Origin: Lama guanicoe
Taxonomy: Eukaryota
Assembly: GCA_013239625.1 (NCBI GenBank)
Contig: MU053513.1
Coordinates: 2,964,927-3,028,926, forward strand
Reading direction: 5' to 3'
Length of the DNA: 64,000 nucleotides
A model generated the notes under the pieces. The model did no database searches. It worked only from the letters and a program-made list of their open reading frames with translations, and was not told the DNA's origin. Positions 12,188 to 24,665 of the stretch are shown in pieces. The first letter of the stretch is position 1; the number at the start of each line of letters is the position of its first letter. The position numbers and the translations under genes are program-made.

Positions 12188-12796
12188 AAGTGTACATCAA
12201 TAGACGTGTAGATAAAGAAGATGTGATATATATATATGGAATACACATATGGAATATATGTATTAATATATTATTCAGCCATGAGCAAGAAGGAACTTCA
12301 AGTTCAAATGCTGCCATTTGCAACAACATTGGTGTCCTAGAGGACATCGTGCTAAGTGAAATACACCAGACAGAGAAAGACAGATATTCTATGATCTAAC
12401 TTAAATGTGGAATCCAAGAAAAAAAAAATCAAACTCAGAAACAGAGTAGAATGGTGGTTACCAGAAGCTGGGGAAAGGGCAGAATGGAAAGAAGCTGGTC
12501 AAAGAGTGCAAGTCTTCATTTATAAGATTACAAAGTTCTGGGGGTCAAATGTATAGCATGATGACTGTGGTACGTAATGCTGTATTATATAACTGAAATT
12601 TGCTGAGAGAATGGATCTTAATCATTCTCATCACGCACAGGAAAAATAGTAACTGTGTGAGGTGATGAATGTGTTAGTTATTCTGATTATGGTAATCACT
12701 TTACAATGTATACGTATAAAATCAAATCATCATGTTATACGATTTAAATATATACAAATTTATTTGTCAATTATATCTCAACAAAGCTGGGAGGAA
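12188..12796 (+). mobile_element. L1 3' end (L1MA9-like)
   Basis: 'ctgccatttgcaacaaca', 'gctaagtgaaata...cagacagagaaagaca', 'gtgaggtgatg', 'tttgtcaattatatctcaacaaagctgg'. Confidence 0.92.
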
Positions 12797-14734
12797 CCTC
12801 TTTTCAACTTGAATTCCAGGCTACTGGTCCAAGGCATGGCAGGGCATCTCCTTTAAAAACTGCATTAAATAAGCCAATCTTACTTAATGGCATTTATATA
12901 ACAACTGTCAGGACTTCAGTCACAGGGAGCACTTAATGAAAAGAAGAGGACTCATGGTTACCAGTTTATTCATTCTTTCACCAAACATTTCATAAGGTCT
13001 CCTCATGCCTGCTCTGTGTCGGTCTGCCCTCATGCTGTTGAAAGCTCACTGATTTTTCACGAGCGTTCCTCAGTACCCAAGTCTATCGCTGCCTGGTCTC
13101 CCACTAGACAGGCCACCATTTCTAACAAAATAATTTAAATTGGGACCAAGAATGCTTTAACTTCTCTTGAAATGGGGCACCAACAACTGCCCATTTCCAG
13201 TGTTGCTGTCAGAATATTAAGTTCCTGAGAAGGTTCACTGCTTATTACTGGTTCAGGTGATGTTTTATGACAGGCTACAACGAATACAAATCCCAGGAAT
13301 TATCTTGGAGATCTCTCAAAGTAGCACTGTAAGATTTCCTCGGTGAGACCGCTAAGTCTTGTGGCTATAAATCTACCCCCAGTAACACTGCTTATTCAAT
13401 TTAAGGCTGTGAGCCCAGAGAGATTAATGAGACGAGTTGTCCACTAGTCAAGGGAAGAACACAAGATCTATCCTATCTTATTTCATCTTCTGGTTTAATC
13501 ATTGTAAGTGTTATGTAATGTGACATTCACACATTATTGAAGACGTTTAAGGAACAAACTGCATATCACTAATCAGCAAATCATTTTTCATTTTCATTTC
13601 TTGCAGACTCTAAAATTAATGATGCCCTCCCTTTTCTATTAAATCTTTTTTTTCAAAATGTTATATTAAATAAGAAATTGCACATGGGAACAATAAGTAT
13701 TTCTTTTTTCTTTTTGCAATTTCAGTGCTTTTCCCCAAGCTAATGAACCCCAGCAGTGTTAGAAAAAAGGCTTAAGGAGCAGCAACTTATTTTGTTTCGG
13801 TTTGTTAAATCTTTGACAAGTAACTTGCTCCTTCAGGATCCAGAATGCTGTTTTCCCACTTGATTCTTTCATGTCTGTTATTCCTCTTTAACTCGGTGGT
13901 TACAACACACTTGGGTGCTATTTCCAATCTGCTAATTAGGTCCAGGGGAGTGTCTGGATGGACTGGGGCACCAAGGTCATGATGAACTCGCCGGGCGCCA
14001 TGCTTTCTGCCAGGAGCTGCTCCAGCTGGAATCCTTCCTGACAGGCTGCAGGCATGCACAGAGCTGGGGCAGCTGATGGAGGGGGGCACTCTGGCCCTGG
14101 GCACTGCAGCTTCAATCAGCTAGGGAAGAGAGGGCTGGTCCAATCATCCTGATCTGCAGCCCCTTCGATGACATACTGGGGGACTTTAATTAAGAAACTC
14201 TTTCAACATATCATTGTAAAATGTTAAAGAATGCTCATCAAAAAGAAGCTCAGGGTTCTTTGAAATTAAAGCTTTTAGTAGGCTCCAAGAACCCTTTTTA
14301 TTCTAAAATAAGACAGTCAGTTAGAACATTCATCTCTTCCTTTCCAAGCCAAAACAAGCCCGTCTCCCCAGGTTACTATCCTCTTCCCCTTCAGTACCCT
14401 CTTCCTTAATAATTTAAATGTTAACTTCATTTTGACATTTCTCAGTTGGAGCTTTCAAAATCAACCATGGATGGATAACTTTGTGCCTGCCGTGGCACAA
14501 CAGCTTGGTAAATAGGTCGGGCCGGACTCACACACAGCTGTCCATCTCCTGGAAGCCTCCTTCCTTCCTGGAATATGCAGTAGCTGATCTCAGCTGATCT
14601 GTCATTGAGTGAAAAAAGAAGCAGCACTGGTTGGGGGAGCCCCAGCGATGTCAGTACTATTAGGAAGTAGGTCTCCAAATGCAACTGCTCCAATCTTGGG
14701 AGAACATGAGATAGCCTTGGAAGGTCAGGGGAAG

Positions 14735-15415
14735 AGCAGCAATCAAACGAATTTGGAACAAAAAGACCTGGGTTCAGGTCCTGGACCTGACAGTTGCTGC
14801 CTGTGTCACCTCTCTGGGACACGGCTTCCTCTGCTGTAAGGGACTACAGAAATACACCCACATCCTCAAAGAGGTGTGGTCTTAGCTGTGGTAAAAGGGA
14901 AAAGATGGAAAGAACATAAATACCAGAAGGAGAAGTGGGTAAGTAATGAAGCATTCATTCCATGTCCATGCAGCAGTTTAAAAGAATGAGATAGATCTGT
15001 ATGTTTTATTACAGAATGCTCTCCAAGACATATCATGAGTTTAAAAAAAATAGCTAGTACCAGTGAAATTATGTTTAGTGTGCTATCATTAGCGTATAAA
15101 AGAATACAAAGCAACACTGCACATTTTTTAGTGTTTAGTCTGAGTGTAAATGACTAGAAAAACATTGGATATAATAGACTATAAATGGTAGTTAACCCTG
15201 TGGAGGGAGCAGGGAACTGGATGTGCTGCTCAAAGGGAGTATTTACTCTTATCTGTAATATGTTAATTTTCTTTTAAAGAATATATTTCTTTAGTGAATG
15301 TATAATTAATTAAAAGTTATTTTTAAAGAAAAAGAGCAATTGTGAGATAACGTGTTTAGAACTACTTTGGATAAAAAATCAAAAAATGCTTGGTTGATGT
15401 GAGTTTTACTATTTA
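14735..15415 (+). mobile_element. MIR split by an old L1ME-type 3' fragment (~14880-15330)
   Basis: MIR head 'agacctgggttcaggtcctgg', L1ME-like 'aatgagatagatctgtatg...aatggtagttaaccctgtggaggg', MIR tail resumes 'tgagataacgtgt' at ~15343. Confidence 0.6.
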
Positions 15416-15949
15416 CTCTGCCCAGGCCAAGCCCCACACATCTTGGCCATTTTCCTCTTGGACAAGGTGGGCAAAGCAACTCACTCCCCCTAAGTTCAGT
15501 TCTCTACCACCAATGGCTCCAAGGAAGGACCCTGCTGAGGGGAGCATCATCCCACTGGCTACCTCATTGTGCAAATGATCGAGAAGTGGATGAGTGGACC
15601 CCAGGCTGGGCCTACCACAGGCCTTCACTAGATGCCCATTAACTAAAGACTCTTGATTATTAGGCCTCAAGATACATCTATGCTTCTTTGATTCTTTCTC
15701 TCAGTGCTTCACTGGGTCTACATTAATGGAGCTATTTAAGTCAGTGTTTCCTAGCCTTGTTTTTTTGTACACATACACTTCTACCTCCGCAAAGGGCAAT
15801 TTTTTTCCCTAATCACACCATTCATGGATTTTTGCTGTGCTGGGGGTGTTATCACCCCTTTTGAGAATGCATGATTTAAGCTACCCATTCTTTACTATGT
15901 ACCAGGTACTGTTTAAAGCTTTGTACCTGATTGAACATATTTAATTGTC

Positions 15950-16162
15950 AAAAACAAGATTAAACTGTACAGCACAGGGAAATATACACAAGATCTTATG
16001 GTAGCTCACAGAGAAAAAAGTGTGACAATGAATATATGTATGTTCATGCGTAACTGAAAAATTGTGCTCTACACTGGAATTTGACACAACATTGTAAAAT
16101 GATTATAAATCAATAAAAAAAGTTAAAATAAATAAATAAATAAAATACTTACAAAAAAAAAA
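15950..16162 (+). mobile_element. Young lineage-specific L1 3' end (camelid-type)
   Basis: 'tgtacagcacagggaaatatacacaagatcttatggtagctcac...tgtgctctacactggaatttgacacaacattgtaaaatgattataaatcaataaaa' with (TAAA)n/A tail, inside a minus-strand MIR. Confidence 0.85.
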
Positions 16163-16739
16163 TCAGCTGAGAAATCTGAGGCATGGATAAGCACTTACAG
16201 GTTCCACAGCCCTGAGTGTCAGAGCTGGGATCAGACCCAGACAGTTTGACTTTCCTCTGTGTTCATGGTGCTTCTCAGAGAAAATGTGCCCCAAAATGCT
16301 TGAGAAAAATACCTTGCCTCTAAGAGATCAATGGAGTTTATCCCAAATTAAACTTTCACCTTCCTGTCATGTTTACAGCATGCAGAGTTTAAAGTTAAAG
16401 GTAACACACCAGAGTGTAAGTTACACAAGGTCCTGTGAGCACAGGTTTCAAGAACACAAGTGGGAGGAAAAAACAAACCTGTTTCTATTGGAGTTCATGG
16501 CACTTAAAAGCATAGCTTCTTGAACAAGACGAGAACACACGATAGCATGAGACATAACTTTGGCGGGTAAAGACTGATACCACATGCCGTACACAAATAT
16601 CAGATTTTTGAGCCCTACACCTTCATACACCAATAAGCAAATACTCATTTTCCTGCTCCCTGTGGGGAAGCTGGGGTCACTTGGTATCTTTCCAATTTCA
16701 TCACCTGGGACTAAAACAGGGCTCCCTCGCTGGCTCTGG

Positions 16740-17160
16740 CCATGTCTGTCTCTTACATGCCCAGAGGCTCATTCACACACCAGCTCATGGAATGTCCTCC
16801 TCTCCTGTCATCCAGGTCCAACCTAGTTTTGAGGGTCTACCTCAAATTCAATCTCCTCCCCACTTCAGACAAGCCCACATCCTGTCCCCTCCTTGGAGAC
16901 CCCGCCCACCCAGCTAGTCTGATTCCTTCCTCACTTGAGCTTCCTAGCGTATCCTGAGCGCACCGCTCTCCTGCAGCTCTCTGCATTCAGGGCAGACTTG
17001 ACGGTTCTGTGTGCCATTCCCTCTGAGACCTCCGTGCCCCAGCGGGAAGGACTGGCTAGGACTTACACTTCTACGCACCTTCCCCAGGGCCCAGCAAACA
17101 GTGGCTAATGGGTTGGCACATTTGGGGGACTGGTGTCTGACATAGTTTGTTGTCTAGAAT
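16740..17160 (+). mobile_element. L2 LINE fragment
   Basis: 'tggaatgtcctcctc...gagggtctacctcaaattcaatctcctcc' and 'ccccagggcccagca'. Confidence 0.5.
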
Positions 17161-17489
17161 GTGCATACCAAAATATCTTTTTGGAGAGTGGGAGAAAGGC
17201 ATTGTTCTGGTCACTCTGAGAGCAGAAATTGAACCACAGGACTTAAAAAAATATTAACATTGAATAGAAGAGGATAAGATAATCAAAATTTCAGCTCTGA
17301 GTTTCCACAATAATTTCACACTTTCCTTTATCCCAAAGCTTCCAGACAACAGTCAAAGCTTAGACCCACAGGCTGAAAAGGTAGTAGATAAAAATCCTAG
17401 TAAGCAGAATGGCCTGCCCCTCAGTGGAATAACGATTCAGTATCTTCTCAGCAGAGAGAGAGAGAGAGAGAGTTTCCTGTGCTCTGAGG

Positions 17490-17720
17490 AGGGCAGTGAC
17501 GTGCAGGCAGTGAGAGCACTGGCTCCCAAGGCAGGCTGATTGCTAATTCTAGCTCTGCTTACCCAAGGCTGAGTGGCCTTGGATAAGTTACTTAACAACA
17601 CTTTGCCTTAGTTTCTTCATCTGAAAATGGAGTTAATAACAGTATTCAGTATTCCCACCTCAAAGATTGTGGTAGCCATTAAATATGGCACACTTAGAAG
17701 AGTGTCGTTAGCTACACCAT
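17490..17720 (+). mobile_element. MIR SINE
   Basis: 'ggccttggataagttacttaac...ccttagtttcttcatctgaaaatggagttaataacagta'. Confidence 0.9.
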
Positions 17721-19169
17721 TGTTTGCAAAAGTGCAATCTCTTTTTATTATATTATAAAAAGTGCACATAATCAGAAACAGAGAAATTAGCAGATGCTCT
17801 TTATGTTGTATAATGTGGAAGAAGAGCAGACTCACCCCAGGGGATAACTGTTAACAATGCTTAAACTCCTTGAGCACCACTGGGTACACTTCTCGAATGA
17901 GTCATACAGCAGGCTGGCTTTTACACAGCCCGCAATTTGGGCTAGAGATGACAAAGTCACTCTTTAATTAACCTGCTGCTATCAGATGATACTAGATAAA
18001 CTATTTATCTTCTAAACAGATGAGCGCTCACACCTACTAAAATGAATCCAAAATAATAGCTGTTAGCTTGGGGGGAGGAAGGCTTCTGTTTTAATGCGAC
18101 CATATAACTCCATTTCTGATGGGATTTATGCACCATCCCACACTCTGCTGGTGTCAACAAATGGCAGAAAAATCATCTGCAACTGACAAAAAGCAAACTG
18201 GTAAATAACTTCCACTGCCCTTATTCTCTTAACTAAGCAAATTATCTCCATAATGATGCCAGACAGCAGCTATGAATGAATTTACAAACAGGCACGTGTT
18301 GTGATCATTTGTGCAAAATAAGGAAGTACTTCAGCTAAAAACACTTTTCACAATCAGGACATGTAAGTGGCCTCTCCTCAAGGCTGGCACCATTTCCGAA
18401 AGTACCCATTGCCTATCGCTTCTTCTCTGGCCTTGAACAGTATAAAGGTTGTTCTGGTTTAATAACTTCTCTCTTTTCTTTCTTATTGATTTCTTCCTAC
18501 AACCATCTGCTGGCAAGATTAGAAGACCAGAATTCAGAGCAGATTGAAGCATATACACTTTTTAGTGTAAATCACTTCATTTCACTGGGGTTTCTTGTAG
18601 GGCATTTTAAATGGTGTGTATCTTACTGAGTCTTTTATAAACAACCCTATTTTCCAGAGATAATACAATTGAAAAGGAACTGTGTGACTTTCAATTAAGT
18701 GACAAGGTCTTCATGTTCCAATTGTCCCACTCTCCTGGTACATTCACAATCAAGGCAGCAGTCCTAGGGCTCAGGCTGGAGCACTTCCTGCCTCAACCCA
18801 CTCTTGATTTTGCAATTGCCACCTGCTTTGGCTGAAGCACAGCCACAAGATAAGTGGCTTTATAGCAGCGGCTGTGGCATTTCTGGAGGAAGGGAAAGGC
18901 CAGTGCAGCTCATTCCACCCACAAAAAGGAGGAGTGAGGCCAAGGTCAAGGCCAAGGACTGGCACAAACCTCCCTCTTGGGACTGCCATGTACCCAGGAG
19001 CACAGGAGAAAAGAAGGCCTGGCCATTCTTCTCTCTGCAGCTGGAGATAAGGGAGTGGTTGTGAGGACTGTAACTAACTCTTCAGACACATTTGCTACTG
19101 GGATGCTGAAAAACATCACACTAAGGTGATGGCTGCCCCCTTCCAGCAGGATGCTCCCTGCGATAAAAC

Positions 19170-19435
19170 TTTGTCTGTGTCTGTCTGTCTAGCTCAGTAT
19201 GCCTGTCCTGGATCTCCATCTATTTAACTCTCCCTGCCCCTATGTCTCCATCAGGTTGTTTGTGAGTGTGTGTGCCTGCGTGTACCTGCCTGTCTCTCCC
19301 TCCAGGCACATGTCCCTCTTCGTCTCCCTTCTCCATCTCTGTCTTTCACTCTGCATGTATCTCCCTGTCTCTTTCTCTCTCTGTTCTGTCTGTCTGCCTC
19401 TGTGAGTCTCTGCCAGTCTGTCTAGGTGTCTCTTG
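19170..19435. repeat. Low-complexity (TC/TCTG)-rich tract
   Basis: Directly visible. Confidence 0.85.
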
Positions 19436-19440
19436 TCGGT

Positions 19441-19693
19441 CAGGGCTGCACTATGACTTTCATGAGTCCAGTTTTTTTGCCTCATCGGCTCTTTCCTCCA
19501 TTAAAAAAAAAATTACAACAAAATTTATGATTGCATTGGTATTGAGGCATATATAATCCAAGATGGATCCATAATTGTGCATTCATTATTATTATATTTA
19601 GTTTTTCTCCTGATTAAAAACATTAAATATTTATGGACCCCCTAAAATTATTGTGGGCCTGAGGCAACGTGCCTTGCAGTCAGAGTCTCCCTC
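19441..19693. mobile_element. hAT-Tip100 MITE (ORSL-like)
   Basis: Starts 'cagggctgcactatgactttcatg'; internal 'gcattggtatt...atataatccaagatggat' and 'ggaccccctaaaattattgtgggcctgaggca' match the recalled consensus. Confidence 0.6.
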
Positions 19694-22174
19694 TATACAC
19701 ACACACACACACGCACGCATACACAAACCACACCCTTCTAACAGGGGACTGACCCTGCTCTCCCAGCCTAGAAAGTTGTAGGCAAGATCTAAGTTCTAAG
19801 CTTTGGGGCTAAAGTTATTTTGTTCCTGCACATCCTTTTACTTCTCACAGGTTGGGGGGGTAACACTTGTCTTTATTCTAGAATGTTAAGATTGAAGCTT
19901 CTGGTGAGAGCTTCAGGATAGAAAAAAGCTAAAGTGGGTATGTCTGCCCGCTTTAGTTCTAGGTTAGACGCAAGGTGTTCTCCACGCAGCCAGCTCTCAT
20001 TCCCTAGACGTCTGCCTTGGGGATGCAGCTGAAGCCCTGGCAGGACACAGATGCTCCTTTCCTTGCTTCGTATCCTGCCTCTCTTACCGGGAGATCTGCA
20101 TGGACGAAAGCAGCAGGACGTGTGACCATCCACCTCTCCATCCACAAACATGTACTGTCCACATCACACCGCCATCATATCTCTGAAGATGCCTTGCCAT
20201 CTCACACATAATAAAGCTTGAGTTGTCTTTTCGGAGAACTAGCAGAGCAATAAGACATGGTGTGGGTCAGGAGTAGCTGGATTTGATTACCTTAGCCTGT
20301 GAAGACTGAGAATAATCATTTGCCTCCAAACCTAACCATCATACACACTCTGTCCCCAAGAGATAGTTTTCAGGTTTTCTTTAACTTGTTTCTATAATAG
20401 TCCTAATTAAAAAGCCCCCACCCCCAAATCCCTAAGCTTTTTGCTATCTCTCTGGGAAATAGAATAAAATGAAATTGATTTTCTTCTTTATCAGCAAAGA
20501 TTATAAATTGAAGGCACAAATCCCAGGAAGCCAGCACACTAAATTTATCTTAATGCTACTAATTGGACCAAAAAATGCCCTTTTTTGCTTGTTAAAGTTT
20601 TGAAAAATAACTAAATCCCACTTGTTCCAAACATACTTTCCTATCTATTTTCATTGGCCCCAGTAAAATAAAAAATAGGTCCAGTGTGCTCTTTTAAAAA
20701 GATTTCTCACTTTTCAAAGGATCATTTGACCCTCTCTGGCCCTGAACATTTTTTTGCCAGTTTTGCTTACAATCATGTCCTCTTCCTATCTGCCTTTATT
20801 TGCTAATGGATTTCCCTCTCCGAACCATTGGTGTTACCTCTACACACATTTACCTTTTAATTTCCTTCTGGTCTCAGAGACTTGTCAACAATTCACCTCA
20901 TGTAAGACGAGAGGGAAAAAATTAAAATTATAAATCTAATAATGGTAATATTTCAGGAATAAATTTCTGTCCTTTCAATATCCTATGCATATCTAACTCA
21001 GTTCTCCAACACTTCTACTGGTTTGAACCAGTCAGTAAATTTTCATCTTTCAACAAGCAAGGACACAAAAAAGGATGAATGACAAAGAGATCAGGTCCCT
21101 AATAACATATTCACAGAGGTTCCCTTTTGCATGTGTTATGTGAAGTCTGTAAGTTAGGCTCAACGTGTGAATTTCGAAGCAATCTGAATCCCAACATCTG
21201 AAGAAAAGATTCCACCTGGTTATTTATTAGCTAACTGTGATGACACTCAGAGAGGTTCCCCTTGGAGGACACAAACAAAAGAAACACAACGAAAATGCAA
21301 GGGCAGGTGTCTGTATTTCTACTTCTCCATCCTTCCCACCTTAGCATCATCAAAGAAACAGAAACCATAGGAAGAAAGGAGCTTTATGCCCAGGAAAAAA
21401 AAAAAATCTGAGCATTTAAAATCATGGCAAGATGTGTAGAGTTAACATTTCAAACCCAAACTTAAGGTAGAAGATCAAAAAGGGCAAGACATGGAGAAGC
21501 ATAGTTGTACCAACCAGGCCAGATTTTCTTTTTATTGTTGATTTCAGGAGCTATGGTACGTCCTGATCCATTGAGCCTTCTCCCAAGTTGATGAAACAAA
21601 GGACACTGAATGGCCCTCATGTTCCTGTTCATGCATATGCAACCCTTCAAATGAGCTCTACCCCAGACTGCCTGAATGCCTCCGAGTCTGTTTGAATATA
21701 AAGGCTCTATTATAACACACAAAAATAGATAGAAAAAAATTTTAATTACCATTAATTCTGTTGGTAAAGTAGTATATCAAAACTCAATGCAAGTTAGAAA
21801 AAGAAAATGGAGTTTCTTTGTTTCAAGGGAAAAAGCAAATTTTCAGTATTGTGTAACATAAGCAAACAGTAATACCACGGGAAAAAACAAAGCTACTGCC
21901 TAGCTCAGTGGTCCTCCTGCAGTGTCCTGGGGGCACTCTGGGCTACTGTGGAGGCTCAGGAGTCACTGAGGGGCAAGAGGGGAATTCACGGAAGGAAGGG
22001 CCATTTCTATAAGTTTCACACAGTGCATCTTTCAGAAGATATTGTTGCAAGAATGATTCCAGTGCTTAAAAAAAGTTACTTTGAAAATAAAGATAATTCA
22101 AGTGACTTTAGAAAAATCACAATAAAGCTTTTCCCTAAGAAATAAGAATTTGTGCCATGTAAAAAGATTTTTTT

Positions 22175-22460
22175 CCAGATGTCATTGCAGCACTGTTGAT
22201 AAAGCTAAAAACTGGAAATGACCTAAATATCCAATAATCAAATATTGGCATCTACTTATTATAGAGTTTTAGGGGTAATATTAAAAATGACAGTGACGTT
22301 TTAAACATTTTGACATGTTCATGATATACTTGAAGGGTTTCGCACAGATAACAAAGATTAAGTATGGTATACTCTCATACTGTCTACATATTTATCGTGT
22401 ATAAAGTTACATATAATACATAAAATATAAGTATACATACACATATGAGTGTGTATATGT
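22175..22460 (+). mobile_element. Old L1 (L1ME/MC-type) 3' fragment
   Basis: 'agatgtcattgcagcactgtt...aaaaactggaaatgacctaaatatccaataa'. Confidence 0.7.
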
Positions 22461-23160
22461 GTTCATAAGCCTCTTGCCCTCCCCTCCGCTCCTGCAGTCC
22501 ATCACAAACGCTTAGTATCACCAGGCTCTCAAAGCAGGACAAAAGGAAGGAAAGGAACTGAACAAGTAAGCCGGGACTCCGTCAGCAAGCAGAAGGAGAG
22601 GAAAAAATGAGAAGTACACGCAATGGGATTTCTGTCTCCTCACAGAAGGTGATTATATATTATTTCTAATCACTTCAGCTGACTTGAGGGCATGGATTTT
22701 GGAATCAAAAAGACTTAGATACGTCCTACCTTTTCCATTTCCCATGCATCCCACCTTCTCCATTAACCTTCTCCCCTCTTTTCCATTACTGTCTGAAGAT
22801 ATGTCTGCTCCTCTGGTTGTCATCAATTACACCAACACGGGCAAAAATGCTACCACAGCACCTGGCCCCTGGTAGGTGATCAATATATAATCTCTTCCTC
22901 CTTTTCCTTCCTGTCAATTGTGCCTAAAAATGTGTTAATAATCTTAATAACGAACATAGACCACACGGATGTGCATTTTCTTTGAAAGCTCCTATGTAGG
23001 CAGTAAAATTGTGTAGCCCAGTGAGGTTTGGGGCCTTTCCAAGGACCAAACATTGGAAAATGAGAACAAGATGATGAAAAAACCCAAACCACAGCCAGTT
23101 TGTAGTCATTATCCTCTGGACCCAGCTCCCAAGTTCTGGTTGAACAGAATGGTGTTGGCT

Positions 23161-23400
23161 GTTGGCCGGGTTTCACTTTCCAACGCTTTTCCCAGCGATC
23201 CTGGCCCCACTTGAATTCCCACCTGCGTGCCTTTGAAGGGGGCGCGCACCCTGTGGACGAGGAGCGCGGGCGCACGGCCGCAGCAGCTGGCACCGGCTCT
23301 GCCCCGCAGGCAGGAGCAGGCGTCCCGGTCCGGAGGCTTCACAGACCGACGGCGGCCGGGGCTGCCATCCGAGGCCTCCCTCAGACCGGAACCAAATGAG
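23161..23400. promoter_or_regulatory. Small orphan CpG island
   Basis: 23 CpG counted in 240 bp, GC-rich, in an otherwise CpG-depleted window; not a recognisable repeat. Confidence 0.65.
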
Positions 23401-23619
23401 CTTCATACATCCCTTTACTACATACAAACAGAAAATAAACTCCTAATTAAGCGTGCTTTTGTTTCATGGGCAACCGTTTGTTCCTAAGGCCTCTAAGGGA
23501 GAAAATGTGCAGACTCAAGAGAAAAATCCATACTGATTTCTAAGCAATATCTCAGCATAATAATATCTTCAATTAAAAGGGGAAAAAGCTCACAGCAAGC
23601 TGCCTTCACATAAGTAACA

Positions 23620-23770
23620 GTGGCTCTGCCAGTTACTATCCATGTGGCTCTGGGCAAGTTATTAAAACTCTCTGTGCTTTAACTTTCCTATCTGTAAAAT
23701 GGGGTAATAACAGTAAGTACTCAAAGGGTTATTATGACATTAAAGAGTCAAATTTATAAAACACTGGGTG
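23620..23770 (+). mobile_element. MIR SINE
   Basis: 'ctctgggcaagttattaaaactctctgtgctttaactttcctatctgtaaaatggggtaataacagta'. Confidence 0.9.
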
Positions 23771-23784
23771 GGGAGGAGTAGAAG

Positions 23785-23985
23785 GCAATATTCTGTGAGC
23801 ATCTACTTTGTATCAGATAGTTTCATGGATTACCTCCTTTGTCTCCATGACCAACTGTAAATGGGTGCTCTGAATCTCATTTTACAGAAGAGTCACAAAT
23901 AGAATAAAGTGACTTGCTAGCAAGTAACTGAGCTGGGATTTGAACAGAGGTTGATCTGAGTCCAAATCTTTGTACCACACCATGC
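23785..23985 (-). mobile_element. MIR SINE
   Basis: 'tgagcatctactttgtatcag...ctcattttacagaagag...gtgacttgc...gagctgggatttgaac'. Confidence 0.85.
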
Positions 23986-24521
23986 ACATAATATTAATAA
24001 TGGTGATAACAGCTATCATTTATTTCATTCTCAATTCTATGCCCATTATTTCACTTCATTTTTACAAGAATCCTCTGTGATAGTACATAGGACCAGCCCT
24101 ACCACTGCTCATGGTGCAACCAGCTTAATCTTCTGCCTCTGGTGGCATCAACAAGGGACATGCCAAAGGAGGATCAGAGTCCTCACCTTGGTCGAAACAG
24201 TTACAGATTTAGCTCCCAAAGTGGCATGCTAGGTATTCATTTACTAAACATAATAAATGCTGAAAGAACCATATAAAAAACGTTAATTCATGCATGCAAA
24301 CTGGAAAGGATGCAGTAGTTCTAAGATGAAAAGGGACATTTGAGAGCAGCAGTCTCCAGTATTTCTTTCTGCCATTACCAACATATTTTTAACAGCATAT
24401 CCTCAATTTACTTACACAAAAGCTAGACATAGACAACTGATGAAATAAATGCAAATAGGACTTCTGAAATTTTTTCCAACTTTCTACTTTGGCATCACTG
24501 ACTTTCAACATAACAAATGTT

Positions 24522-24665
24522 AGAGGGGAGGAAAGAGGAGGCAAAGGAGAGAAAAGGAAAGAGAAAGAAAAGTAGGCAGGAGGGAAGGAATGGAAAAGAG
24601 AATGACCGAGGAAAGAAGAAGGGGTCAGGGAGAGGCAAGACAGAGAGAGAGGAGGGGAAACAGAA
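24522..24665. repeat. Polypurine (GA-rich) tract
   Basis: Directly visible. Confidence 0.9.

Noticed and set aside
19199..19556. Overlapping S/L/C-rich and R/E-rich ORFs
   Set aside because: Translation of (TC/TCTG)n low-complexity DNA
22880..23487. Cluster of Ala/Arg/Pro-rich ORFs over the CpG island
   Set aside because: High GC suppresses stop codons in all frames; no domain resemblance
23620..24090. Adjacent inverted MIRs as a dsRNA/editing substrate
   Set aside because: The copies are too diverged from each other to form a long stable duplex
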